From IMG/VR virus record IMGVR_UViG_3300027156_000007, positions 1-64,000 of that record: a DNA stretch of 64,000 nt; one strand, written 5' to 3'. The translations under genes were made by a program, and so were the position numbers. This DNA comes from an uncultured virus (IMG/VR IMGVR_UViG_3300027156_000007) (taxonomy: Duplodnaviria; Heunggongvirae; Uroviricota; Caudoviricetes). Every line of letters begins with the position of its first letter. Positions within the stretch are counted from its first letter, which is position 1. Below the pieces are notes generated by a model. The model was not told the DNA's origin, made no database searches, and saw nothing but the letters and a program-made list of their open reading frames with translations. This document shows positions 46,271-55,806 of the stretch, piece by piece.

Positions 46271-46969
46271 GTGAATACTGTAAAGAAACTTGTTCGTTCC
46301 TCTGATGGTCTCATTGAAGGCGTAGAATACCACTTTAATGAAGACGGTTCTATTAACTGGCGAAAAATGATCAAGCCAGAGTTCCTTGTCCCAAACAGGG
46401 ACAGGACTAATGAAACTGATGTAACCAAGCTAGAAGATAAAGATCTACTCATTCTTCTAGCTGGAATTAAATATGTAGCGCAACTTAGAGGATTTTACTC
46501 TGTTGAGTATACTGTAACCTGTCCAAGTCCAGACTATGTAGTAGCGGTTTGTAAAATAGACTGGATTTCAAACTACGAAACAGAAGGAAATTGTATTTCA
46601 TTCTCTTCTATTGGAGACGCTTCTCCCGGTAATACCAAGGATTTTGCTCGTCACTTCTTGGGGCCAATTGCCGAGAACAGGGCATTTATCCGTTGCGTCA
46701 GAAATTTCTTAAAGATCAACATCGTTGGTCAAGATGAAATTGGCAAGTCGAAGAATAATGTCGTTGATGATTCCGCCGAGTCTTCAGCAATCTTTGAGCC
46801 TCATGCTATCCTTGAAAAAGTAATGAAAGAGAAAAGCGTTACTTTTGCAAAGCTTAAAGAAAAGCTGATTAAGGAAAACTATACTAACGCTGATTCTCTT
46901 ATGTCAATAGCTGACATTCCAAAGATTAAAATTTTTGAATTAATCGAAAGAATTCAAAAAGCTAAATGA
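46271..46969 (+). CDS. Putative single-strand annealing protein (Rad52/Sak-like)
   Basis: ILLAGIK, IGDASPGN and IAENRAFIRCVRNFLKI resemble the AETRAxxRA SSAP motif. Confidence 0.5.
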   Translation: MNTVKKLVRSSDGLIEGVEYHFNEDGSINWRKMIKPEFLVPNRDRTNETDVTKLEDKDLLILLAGIKYVAQLRGFYSVEYTVTCPSPDYVVAVCKIDWISNYETEGNCISFSSIGDASPGNTKDFARHFLGPIAENRAFIRCVRNFLKINIVGQDEIGKSKNNVVDDSAESSAIFEPHAILEKVMKEKSVTFAKLKEKLIKENYTNADSLMSIADIPKIKIFELIERIQKAK

Positions 46970-49900
46970 TCAGGATGTACCTATTCCGGGTGAGCTAGAA
47001 CCTGCTCCAACAGATCCAGCAAACACTTTATTTAAAGAACTGGAAGTTCCCAATCCTTTAAATAATGAAGCTTCAGAATTAATAGTTTCAATTCTTAGTT
47101 TCAAATATCTAGAATCAATTGGATCATTTATGTTTACATAATCTCCTGTTTCTGGGATTTTTGTAGAAAAATCTACTCTCAAATATCTTCCATTTTTGGA
47201 AGGCTTAGTTGTAGTAAGCATAAACCTCTTTCCGTTATACCCAGTGGGATAAAGGATTGAGGTTTTTAGTTGTACATCTAAACTACTGAAGTCAGCATCA
47301 TCATTAGAATAAATTTGATCATATCTAACTGTTAAGTTATTTTCTCCAACGTATTGATTTCCAGTTAAGATAATGTCTGCTATTCTTGCAAAGTTATTTG
47401 GATTTTGTATTGTTAAAAATGGCTGTTCTGTTGTTTCAAATATGGCTCCATAATTATAAAGCTTCATATCTAATTTTTCACCAACTACGAACCCATTGTC
47501 TAATGGGAATGTTGTTGAATTAGTAAAATATGCATAGTATTTAGATCCATCTCCACTTTGTGTAGCAAAATTATCTCCAGAAAAAAGAAGCAAGTTAGGA
47601 TTTCTTGGTATAAACCCAGAACTTGGCAAAGGAACAGTGGCATTACTTCCAATCCAAAAATCTTGAGTTGGGGCAGTTGCGTTAGATACTATTGAAACTC
47701 CTGTAACTTGACCTACATAAGGAGGCATAAAAGAAACTATGGCATTTATAGTTGGGGTTCCACCTGCACTAGTAGCGAGACTCATTCCCACAGAAGAAAT
47801 TGTATATCCTGCGCCTCCACTAATAATAGAATATCCTGTAATACTTCCGCCGGGAGCATTATAAAAATCTATTCTTGCTCTCTTTTTATTAAATTGGAAC
47901 GAAGAAGAGAGGCTCTCTACTATTTGTCCATTTGCCTTACTAAAGAAGTCTACTCCTGTTAGATATCTAATTCCTTCTCCATTGAATGAAATAACAGATC
48001 CATCCCAACCACTAACTTGAGTAGTGCCATCTAATCTATAAGATAAATTATTGTTTAAGTAAGCATCATTGATTGATATAAAAGGAATATAATTAAAATT
48101 ACCAGTTACACGATACTCTTCTGCTAAATAAGTTTGTAGATAAAATACTCCAGAAATTGGCCTTACATCTTCCACATCTTTACCGTGCAAGCCTCTTCCT
48201 GCCATTGATGGAGGATAAAATCTTAACTTATTATAATCTTTATAAATAACACTACTATTTAAATCCCTTGCATCAGTTACTACCGATATTCCAGATGAAA
48301 AGTTTGCCTTTAAATAATCAAATGATGTAGGAATTGCACCAGAAGCACTTCTTATGAGAGTACTGGCTCCATCAAATCTAATTCCTGTTACATAGTTAAG
48401 ATTTTCACCAGTTAAAGTTATTAGAGATCTATATGTTCCAGTTAAGACATTTAAAGGAGAAGCGGAAATAACTGGAGGTTTTATTGTAATTGTTTTATAT
48501 AGATTATCTGCATCGAAGCTATTTCTTTGGAAGAAAATTTGACCACTTCCAATAAATCCATCCAAAGTAATATAACTATTTGAACCCGCAGTAGTTCCAA
48601 TACCAACCGCATCTGAACCGCTGATTAATAAATCTAAATCTGTTATTTGAGAAGAAACGTCCGATATGATGTTTAAATTTCCAGATAGAACAACATATCC
48701 CGTATATGGCTGCGCCATTCCAGAGACAGTTGAAATATCAACAACCGACATTGCTTGAGAAATTAAATATTGGCCTGTTTTATTAGTTAAGTTATTGAAT
48801 CCACTAATGTATAAATCTCTTGTTTGGAAATTGTGAGCATTGATTCCTGTAATTCGTATGCCATCTCTTGTTCTATAAATCTCTGCATTTGATCCAGAAA
48901 TTGTTGTACTTGGATTAAACGAAGGAGAGAAGCCTTTGATTTCAGCAGTGGTGCCAGAATTAAAAAACCTAAAACTACCCTTCTTTACTTCTCTTGGTAC
49001 TCTTACTAAGGCTCCAGTAGAAGTAGGAGGTATAACATGAGGGTATTTTATTATTTCATTATTAAATCCAATACCATAGAAATCAAGAGCATTTAAATTA
49101 CTTCCAGATAAAGTTATAGAATCATTAAAGTAAGCAGAGTTTGGAATAATTTTAGAAATAATGGGATTAACGAAAATTAATGAATCTGTAGTTGTAACCC
49201 TTGAGCTTCCGTTCACAACAATTGGACCATCAGCTATATCATATACTTGAGGTATATAGAAACTTAATCCGCTAATGCTTTGTCTTCTAAAAGCTGTAAT
49301 TACTTTATAAGCTCCATCTTGTCTTCCTAATTCTATAGAAGTAACGGTATTTAGGAATTTACCAGATAGAGTAATTAGCGTATTGGTAGCTCCAGTGGTT
49401 GGAGAAAATCCATCAACTACGAGAGTTCCGCTCTTTATAGACAACCCGCTTGGATAAGTGTATTTGTAATAGTTTGAATTAATATTTAAAGCGTCTCCGC
49501 TTTGAGCAAAATCAGGAACTGTAAACACTAATTTCTGATCAAATTCAGAACCATTTTGAGTTATATTATAATTATTAACATTGTATCCTCCAATATCAAT
49601 AGATCCTACATAGTATAAATCACTTCCATAACCAGTTCCTTGTCCGCCTTGAACTAATAGATCTGGATAAATACCTGTAATAGTTGGAGTCTTTAAGAAA
49701 GTAAAAGTTTTATCAAATGTTTCAACTAGTCTTGAATTTGTATTGTCTAATACAATGTTTGATTTTCTGATGTCTGTAAGGTTAGGAGTATTAAGGCTTA
49801 GATAGCCGAAAGATCTAATATTATCATCTATAAGACCAGCATTAGCATGAATTAATATCTCTGTGTTTGCATTATTCCTTGCCCTTCTAATTGGAGTATA

Positions 49901-52477
49901 ATTAGAATACTCATAAGGATTTTCTCTAACTATTCTTACCTCGTCTATATATCCACTCCAATAACTAGAAGAAGTATTGGCGTAATCTCTTCCTATGTAA
50001 ATATTAAAAGTTGGATTAAGTAAACTCTTATCAGAATTTAAACTGAAATCTAAATTTGAAGTTGCAAAGTCTAAAGTATAATTTGTTCCAGCTAAACTTA
50101 TTGGAGATCCATTTAATAGTATTTTGCCAGTTATTGTGTTAGAATTTTTATAACTCTTGCTGATTGATAAATGATTCCACTGATTGCTATTTATTTGTCC
50201 AGAGAAAACAGAGTTAAAACCATTCCAGTCAATACCAGAAACAACTAGATAATTTGAAGTAACGAATACATTCAACCCAGCTTGGCTACCGATTAAGAAT
50301 TTTTTATCAGAAGCAGAGAAGCTCGTCAATGGCTTGAAATCTAATTCAAAAGCGAAACTATTTCCATAACTTAAAGGCACGTTTGGTGAACGGCCAGTAA
50401 TCGAAAAATTAATATAAGGACCGGGGCTTCCAGAAAATAGCAAGCTCCTGTCATCATATTTAGAAGTGTTGTTGCTTATTTGTACTGAACTTGAGAAAGA
50501 AATATTCTTTTGAGTTCTAAAGGTGGATTGATAAGAATAGCTGTTTGCATTTTCTGTTGCTTCAACAATTGAATCAGCGTTACCAGTATCTTGAAATAAG
50601 AATTGAGAATCTGGATAAATGTTATGACCCAAGACCTCAAGAAATCCGCCAATATAATTTTCAAAAGTAGATATATTTTTAATTACTGGAGGACCTTTGA
50701 TAACTTCAAAATTCTTAAACAAGAAGTCTCTTCCTCCAGAATTTTTTATAGTAATATCATAACAACCAGCATCAGCATTTGTTCCAGTAAAGGTTAAGCT
50801 TGTGTTAGCAGAGTTTTTTACAAAGGAAGATATTGGTACTATCTTGTTATAAATACCATAGTTGTAATCTTCTACATAACCAGAAATATCTCTTATCTTT
50901 GATACTTGTGTCCTATCTGCTCTATAATCATAATCTGAATAATTCCCTTGTAGCAACAAAACTGTATTAGGAACATCAAATAATCCAGATTCAGTTACTA
51001 ATTGATTAATACTGCTGTATAATCCCGCGCCCTTAACAATTCTAAAATCTTCAATATATCCAGAAAATGGATTAACTCCATAAAGTCCGTAAGATCCAGT
51101 ATTATGAGTTCCAATAAATAAACCACTTCCTGCTGTTATTGGATAAGGAGTTCCAACGGAAACAGTAGAATAAGATTGTCTAGCGGTTCCACTTATTGCT
51201 ACAAAAGTATCTCCATTTGCAGAGGTTCTAGAAATAATTACTTTTGTCCATTGATTTGCTGGAATCAAAGAGGTCGCAATATTTGCTTTAGCAACATTAC
51301 TAGCGTAAAAAGTCCAATTAGTGCTTCCAGCGGCTTTGTAAAAATAAAATCCATTTCCATCCCAGCCCTGATCTTGGAACATATCAATTCTGGGAGTTGA
51401 GGTGTATGGCAATGGATTAACTGAAAATTCAATAGTAAAAGGATCAACTCCAAATTGGAAATCTCCACCAGAAGGAGATGGGATTTTCAAATAAGAACTG
51501 CCGCTGAATAATAAAGAATTACCAAATAGACCTATATTAGAACTTCTGACTCCGCTGTTTAATATTGATTTTGGTTGTCTATAATTTAATCCACTTAAAA
51601 CAATACCAGTCGCATAATTAAAATTTCTACCAATAGCAATATTAGATTCTCCAGAATTTAAGTAAAAATTCAAAGCATTAAATACTTGAGGAGACCTTAA
51701 TACTGTAATTTGTGTTTTAGAAGCAAAAGAAGTATTGTCTTTAGAATTTATTGTTACAAATCCTTGATTTGCATTTTGAGGAACTATGCCTGAAATTATA
51801 TCGCCAAGGCCAGTGAATCTCGCAGTGACAAATCCAGTTAATTGGTTGTCTACAGATGTTGTAAAATTAACAGGGAAATAGCTTTCATTTACATAAGATA
51901 AGTTAAAGTTCTTGCCCGAAATCTTTAACAAATCTCCTTCGTATGGAATATTATCGCTAAATCCACTTATTAGAATTCTTCCAAAAAAGTTAAAGTCACT
52001 ACTTACAGAAAGTATTCCTGTATCGTTATATCCGCTAATTCTAATTGGACCCGTTGTGTATCCACTTGGAACTTTAACTAATAGTACTCCGCTATCCGCT
52101 TGGTAAGAGACGTTTGTTCCAGTAATGTTGTTGAATGATACATATTGGACTCCGCTTAAAGATTTTCCGCTAACTGCTACAAACTCTCCTACCTCTTGAG
52201 TTTGTGGAATTACAGCGTCTAATCTTGGAATTGGATAAAAATCAACTCCACTAACATACATTGGAGAAGATAATTCTCTTCCAGTAATAAAGTAAAAATT
52301 AGCTTTTCCTAATACTATATTCTCTGGAACGTTAAACTCTATATACTCTGGAGAAGCATCGTAATAAGAAAAATCAATAAAACCAGCACCGGGAAGCTGC
52401 AAGCCGCTTACCGCATAAAGACCCGCGCCCGTGACGCGCATCTTTTGATTGATTAAACCTGTATTGTAGCTTGGCAT
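46970..52477 (-). CDS. Large virion/tail protein with IPT/TIG-like repeats and LamG-like domains
   Basis: 1835 aa; repeated P.I....P.....G..ITLSG.NL units; DFQFGVDPFTIEF...FSGYIEDFRIVKG and WSGYIDEVRIV LamG-like motifs. Confidence 0.7.
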   Translation of the reverse strand: MPSYNTGLINQKMRVTGAGLYAVSGLQLPGAGFIDFSYYDASPEYIEFNVPENIVLGKANFYFITGRELSSPMYVSGVDFYPIPRLDAVIPQTQEVGEFVAVSGKSLSGVQYVSFNNITGTNVSYQADSGVLLVKVPSGYTTGPIRISGYNDTGILSVSSDFNFFGRILISGFSDNIPYEGDLLKISGKNFNLSYVNESYFPVNFTTSVDNQLTGFVTARFTGLGDIISGIVPQNANQGFVTINSKDNTSFASKTQITVLRSPQVFNALNFYLNSGESNIAIGRNFNYATGIVLSGLNYRQPKSILNSGVRSSNIGLFGNSLLFSGSSYLKIPSPSGGDFQFGVDPFTIEFSVNPLPYTSTPRIDMFQDQGWDGNGFYFYKAAGSTNWTFYASNVAKANIATSLIPANQWTKVIISRTSANGDTFVAISGTARQSYSTVSVGTPYPITAGSGLFIGTHNTGSYGLYGVNPFSGYIEDFRIVKGAGLYSSINQLVTESGLFDVPNTVLLLQGNYSDYDYRADRTQVSKIRDISGYVEDYNYGIYNKIVPISSFVKNSANTSLTFTGTNADAGCYDITIKNSGGRDFLFKNFEVIKGPPVIKNISTFENYIGGFLEVLGHNIYPDSQFLFQDTGNADSIVEATENANSYSYQSTFRTQKNISFSSSVQISNNTSKYDDRSLLFSGSPGPYINFSITGRSPNVPLSYGNSFAFELDFKPLTSFSASDKKFLIGSQAGLNVFVTSNYLVVSGIDWNGFNSVFSGQINSNQWNHLSISKSYKNSNTITGKILLNGSPISLAGTNYTLDFATSNLDFSLNSDKSLLNPTFNIYIGRDYANTSSSYWSGYIDEVRIVRENPYEYSNYTPIRRARNNANTEILIHANAGLIDDNIRSFGYLSLNTPNLTDIRKSNIVLDNTNSRLVETFDKTFTFLKTPTITGIYPDLLVQGGQGTGYGSDLYYVGSIDIGGYNVNNYNITQNGSEFDQKLVFTVPDFAQSGDALNINSNYYKYTYPSGLSIKSGTLVVDGFSPTTGATNTLITLSGKFLNTVTSIELGRQDGAYKVITAFRRQSISGLSFYIPQVYDIADGPIVVNGSSRVTTTDSLIFVNPIISKIIPNSAYFNDSITLSGSNLNALDFYGIGFNNEIIKYPHVIPPTSTGALVRVPREVKKGSFRFFNSGTTAEIKGFSPSFNPSTTISGSNAEIYRTRDGIRITGINAHNFQTRDLYISGFNNLTNKTGQYLISQAMSVVDISTVSGMAQPYTGYVVLSGNLNIISDVSSQITDLDLLISGSDAVGIGTTAGSNSYITLDGFIGSGQIFFQRNSFDADNLYKTITIKPPVISASPLNVLTGTYRSLITLTGENLNYVTGIRFDGASTLIRSASGAIPTSFDYLKANFSSGISVVTDARDLNSSVIYKDYNKLRFYPPSMAGRGLHGKDVEDVRPISGVFYLQTYLAEEYRVTGNFNYIPFISINDAYLNNNLSYRLDGTTQVSGWDGSVISFNGEGIRYLTGVDFFSKANGQIVESLSSSFQFNKKRARIDFYNAPGGSITGYSIISGGAGYTISSVGMSLATSAGGTPTINAIVSFMPPYVGQVTGVSIVSNATAPTQDFWIGSNATVPLPSSGFIPRNPNLLLFSGDNFATQSGDGSKYYAYFTNSTTFPLDNGFVVGEKLDMKLYNYGAIFETTEQPFLTIQNPNNFARIADIILTGNQYVGENNLTVRYDQIYSNDDADFSSLDVQLKTSILYPTGYNGKRFMLTTTKPSKNGRYLRVDFSTKIPETGDYVNINDPIDSRYLKLRIETINSEASLFKGLGTSSSLNKVFAGSVGAGSSSPGIGTS

Positions 52478-52478
52478 A

Positions 52479-53558
52479 TTATAATCCTTGGAACTCAGTA
52501 GATAGTCTTATATCATTAACAGATACACTTGTTTTAAAGTTAAAAATAGAAGAAGAAGTCGTCTCCTCTGTTTCTATGAAAATGGCAGCAGCACCTTTTA
52601 GTGTTGTTGGCGCAATTGCCGTCAATAAAGAATTAGAAACTGGCGTAAATGAAGAAGCTTCTGTGTTACCAAAAAGAATTCTTTTAACATTTATAAAGTT
52701 ACTACCATTTATAGTAACAGTGGCTCCGGGCAAAATAACTCTTGGAGTAAAGTCAGTTATCGCTGGTCTAAAATGAGAAAAGTCTTGCTTTAATGAAAAC
52801 TCAGATCTTATGTAGCCTTGAGATTCAACAGAAGATCTCTTAGAAGAAATTATTCCTGCAAAAGATAACGTATCAAGGGGAGCCGCTCCTGTTTGTAGTG
52901 AAATATAAAAATCACAAGGAACTCCTGAATACGGTAGAGAAACATTAAAGTTATCTATTTCAAAAGAAACTGATTGAGATCTTTTTCCTAGATAAGCTCT
53001 GCCGCTTTGATCAAAAGTTAAAGCTCCTTCTTTATTGTATTTCTGAACTTCTCTTTGATATTGATAACTAAAATTTGTAAAGTTATATGTATTAGAATCA
53101 AAAGCAGCACCATCTAGATTCCCAGATAAATAAAAATTCGAGAAATTTAAAGGTGTAATTTCTGGTAAATTAGATGGAGTAGTTGGAGAAAAAGAACCCT
53201 TTAATGTCTCAAAAACTTTAAGCTCAAGATCTACTTTAGCTAAAGAATCTGGAGATCCTTTTATTGAATAGTTTGTAACATAACCATTTTGAAAATATAA
53301 GCCACAAAAATTACCAGATACGCCTTGCTCAGAATTTGCTCCTAAAAGATATTCCTTAACAAAGTCTTTTCCTGTTAAGTAATAAGAAATAGAAAAACTT
53401 GTATCTACTGTATCTTCTGGAGCGTAACTATAAGAGTTCTTTTTAAATTCTTCATTATAAACAGGAGTATTGCTTGAATCAAGAGACATATTCACATTAG
53501 TGGCTAGAATGTCTACGCCACTTAGCTTAAATGTACAATTTTTATAGTTGAAAAACAT
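52479..53558 (-). CDS. Tail-tube-like protein with C-terminal IPT/TIG domain
   Basis: Paralog of the next two ORFs; PAITDFTPRVILPGATVTINGSNF. Confidence 0.5.
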   Translation of the reverse strand: MFFNYKNCTFKLSGVDILATNVNMSLDSSNTPVYNEEFKKNSYSYAPEDTVDTSFSISYYLTGKDFVKEYLLGANSEQGVSGNFCGLYFQNGYVTNYSIKGSPDSLAKVDLELKVFETLKGSFSPTTPSNLPEITPLNFSNFYLSGNLDGAAFDSNTYNFTNFSYQYQREVQKYNKEGALTFDQSGRAYLGKRSQSVSFEIDNFNVSLPYSGVPCDFYISLQTGAAPLDTLSFAGIISSKRSSVESQGYIRSEFSLKQDFSHFRPAITDFTPRVILPGATVTINGSNFINVKRILFGNTEASSFTPVSNSLLTAIAPTTLKGAAAIFIETEETTSSSIFNFKTSVSVNDIRLSTEFQGL

Positions 53559-54362
53559 TTAGAAACTCCTTTTTAATGATATTTTATTTTTAGCGAAATC
53601 GTCAATATTAATTGACATATTGGAAGAGTCTATCTTACTTCCTGAAGTATTGATAATCATTATTGACTGATTACCAAAAGTAGTGATATTTATCTTTGCA
53701 TTTTCTGCTGTTGATAAGTCTGTGTTAGAGAAGTTTGAATTAAAATTTTCTACAGTAAAATCAAAGGTCTCTTCTCCAGCAGATAAATCAACTTGTCTTG
53801 GCCTTTGCTGACCAACTGAATAGATTGGGTTCCAGTTGATGGAAATGCCGTAGTTGAAGTCTAAAACATTATAGGCGGCGGCTGTCCCTGAAACCTTAGC
53901 ATTCCACGAATGAGCTATTCCAGATCCACTTGCTAAATTATTGACGGAAGCTTTGTCATTGAGACTTCCAGAAAGATTAGAAAAACTAGACAAAGAAACA
54001 GAAGCCTGTATTCTTGAGTTAGGATTTACTGTTAATGAATATCTAGATGGATAAAAAGAACCAGTTACTCCTGCTAATACTACTTGAACAGGAATATTTG
54101 TTTCTGGAAAGCTATTTGAAAATACGCCCGTCTTTATATAATCAAAAGCTTTGTAGATAGGATCTGAGATATTCGGAAAATAAGTAAAGTCTATGTTAGT
54201 CTCATCTGCTTTAGTTTTAAACATTTGAGATGAGTTCTGTCTTCCGATTACATAAGTAGAATTTATACTCCTATTAACTCCAATAGACGCATTTTGAGCC
54301 AGAACAACTCCTGACCCAAAGCGCGAATTAAATACTACCTCACACTCATTAAAATATTTCAT
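53559..54362 (-). CDS. Tail-tube-like structural protein
   Basis: Beta-rich, S/N-rich; FNYGISINWNPIYSVG motif shared with paralogs. Confidence 0.45.
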   Translation of the reverse strand: MKYFNECEVVFNSRFGSGVVLAQNASIGVNRSINSTYVIGRQNSSQMFKTKADETNIDFTYFPNISDPIYKAFDYIKTGVFSNSFPETNIPVQVVLAGVTGSFYPSRYSLTVNPNSRIQASVSLSSFSNLSGSLNDKASVNNLASGSGIAHSWNAKVSGTAAAYNVLDFNYGISINWNPIYSVGQQRPRQVDLSAGEETFDFTVENFNSNFSNTDLSTAENAKINITTFGNQSIMIINTSGSKIDSSNMSINIDDFAKNKISLKRSF

Positions 54363-54371
54363 CCTTTTTCC

Positions 54372-55190
54372 TTATTTCAGATAACCCCTATACCTTACCG
54401 TTATTCCTACAGGAGAATTTACACTAGCGGAGAAGTCTTCGGAAACGTCAATGAAATAACATAACGAATTTCCAAAATTAAAATTTACTGAATTTCCATT
54501 AAAATCTTTAGTGTTAATGTAAAAATTACCGATATTCTTCAAGTTAAAAGACAAATCAGACAGTTTTTGAAGAACATAACTGTCTTGAGCTATATTAAAA
54601 TCGCAACTTACTTCAAGAGGATAAATGCTTTTAACAGAAAAAGGAGTTGAAGACCCTAGGTAATATGTGGGATTTCTATTGACCGCAATATTTAAGTTGA
54701 AAGAGTTGACTCTATTTGTTATAAAATCATTTATACCTATATCAATAGTATTAGAATTCACCAAAGCTGTTGAGCTAGTTTGATTAAAAGAACCCGCTGA
54801 AGAGATGGAACCAGCATCGTTAAAAATTTGAAAATCAGCCCTAACAGTAGGTATTTCTCCGATTTGGGCACCACAAGTATAAGAAGTTAAATATCCACTT
54901 TGAAATCCAAATAAGATATTGGAACTAGGGTTAGCTTTTTTAGTTACGAAGCCATAATTTCCAGCTTCTCCCGTGCAGCTAAAAAAGTCATTAGATGTTG
55001 TCAGCAAACTAGTTACAGATAAAGTAGCCGTCTTTGCTCCTTCTGGAGCATAAAAGCTGCTATTCATACCAAGGTATTTGGTATGTTGAACTGGCATTTG
55101 GTAGGAAGCCTGAATGTCCTGAACGCCATGAACTTGGCTTTGATTCAAGTAAAAATCCAAGTTCTGCTTATTTAGTCGAGATAATGCCAT
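54372..55190 (-). CDS. Tail-tube-like structural protein
   Basis: FQSGYLTSY (cf. FQNGYVTNY) and FNLNIAVNRNPTYYLG. Confidence 0.45.
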   Translation of the reverse strand: MALSRLNKQNLDFYLNQSQVHGVQDIQASYQMPVQHTKYLGMNSSFYAPEGAKTATLSVTSLLTTSNDFFSCTGEAGNYGFVTKKANPSSNILFGFQSGYLTSYTCGAQIGEIPTVRADFQIFNDAGSISSAGSFNQTSSTALVNSNTIDIGINDFITNRVNSFNLNIAVNRNPTYYLGSSTPFSVKSIYPLEVSCDFNIAQDSYVLQKLSDLSFNLKNIGNFYINTKDFNGNSVNFNFGNSLCYFIDVSEDFSASVNSPVGITVRYRGYLK

Positions 55191-55200
55191 CTTATTTTAT

Positions 55201-55223
55201 TATTTACACAAAAAAGTGTAATA
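55201..55223. promoter_or_regulatory. Back-to-back GTGTAA(A/T)A motifs driving divergent tail operons
   Basis: GTGTAAATA on minus (55209-55201) and GTGTAATA on plus (55216-55223). Confidence 0.65.
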
Positions 55224-55247
55224 ATAAGTTGGTAAAAGGTAAAAGGT

Positions 55248-55802
55248 ATGTCTAGTTCAATTTTTAACATTAGTGCATGGAGCAACTCTGTTGCTTATAA
55301 TAAGCATGATATTATCGTATATACAGATAATCGATACTATTATGCCAAAGCCGCCGTACTTGCAAATAATCCCCCAGTCTATTCTAACGTAGTGTCTAAT
55401 GCGGATACTTATTGGGGAGGATATTTTCAACATCCAGTTGTTAAAAAAGACTACCCTTTATTTATTTGGAAGCCTTCTTATCAAACTCAAGCGAATTTTG
55501 ATCCCAAGGTTAACGTAATAAAATACGGAGATGGGTATGAAAAAAGAGTCAGCGATCAAATTAACTTTAATCTTCTTAATTTTGATTTGAATTTTGATGG
55601 ATTAACTCTGGATGAATGTACTGCGATACTGCACTTTTTAAGTGCTAGATCTGCAAAAACAGCTTTTATTTATTACCCATCTGCACCTTATTCAGTTGCT
55701 CCAACAGATGCTAAGTTGTTTGTTTGCAGAAGATGGAGTTCAGCTAACCCATTTTTTAATAACTTCTCTATAAAGGCTACTTTCGAAGAAGTACCAGCAT
55801 AA
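55248..55802 (+). CDS. Lambda gpM-like minor tail protein with N-terminal CBM-like module
   Basis: FIWKPSY, KYGDGYEKR, ILHFL and ATFEEV. Confidence 0.8.
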   Translation: MSSSIFNISAWSNSVAYNKHDIIVYTDNRYYYAKAAVLANNPPVYSNVVSNADTYWGGYFQHPVVKKDYPLFIWKPSYQTQANFDPKVNVIKYGDGYEKRVSDQINFNLLNFDLNFDGLTLDECTAILHFLSARSAKTAFIYYPSAPYSVAPTDAKLFVCRRWSSANPFFNNFSIKATFEEVPA

Positions 55803-55806
55803 TATT

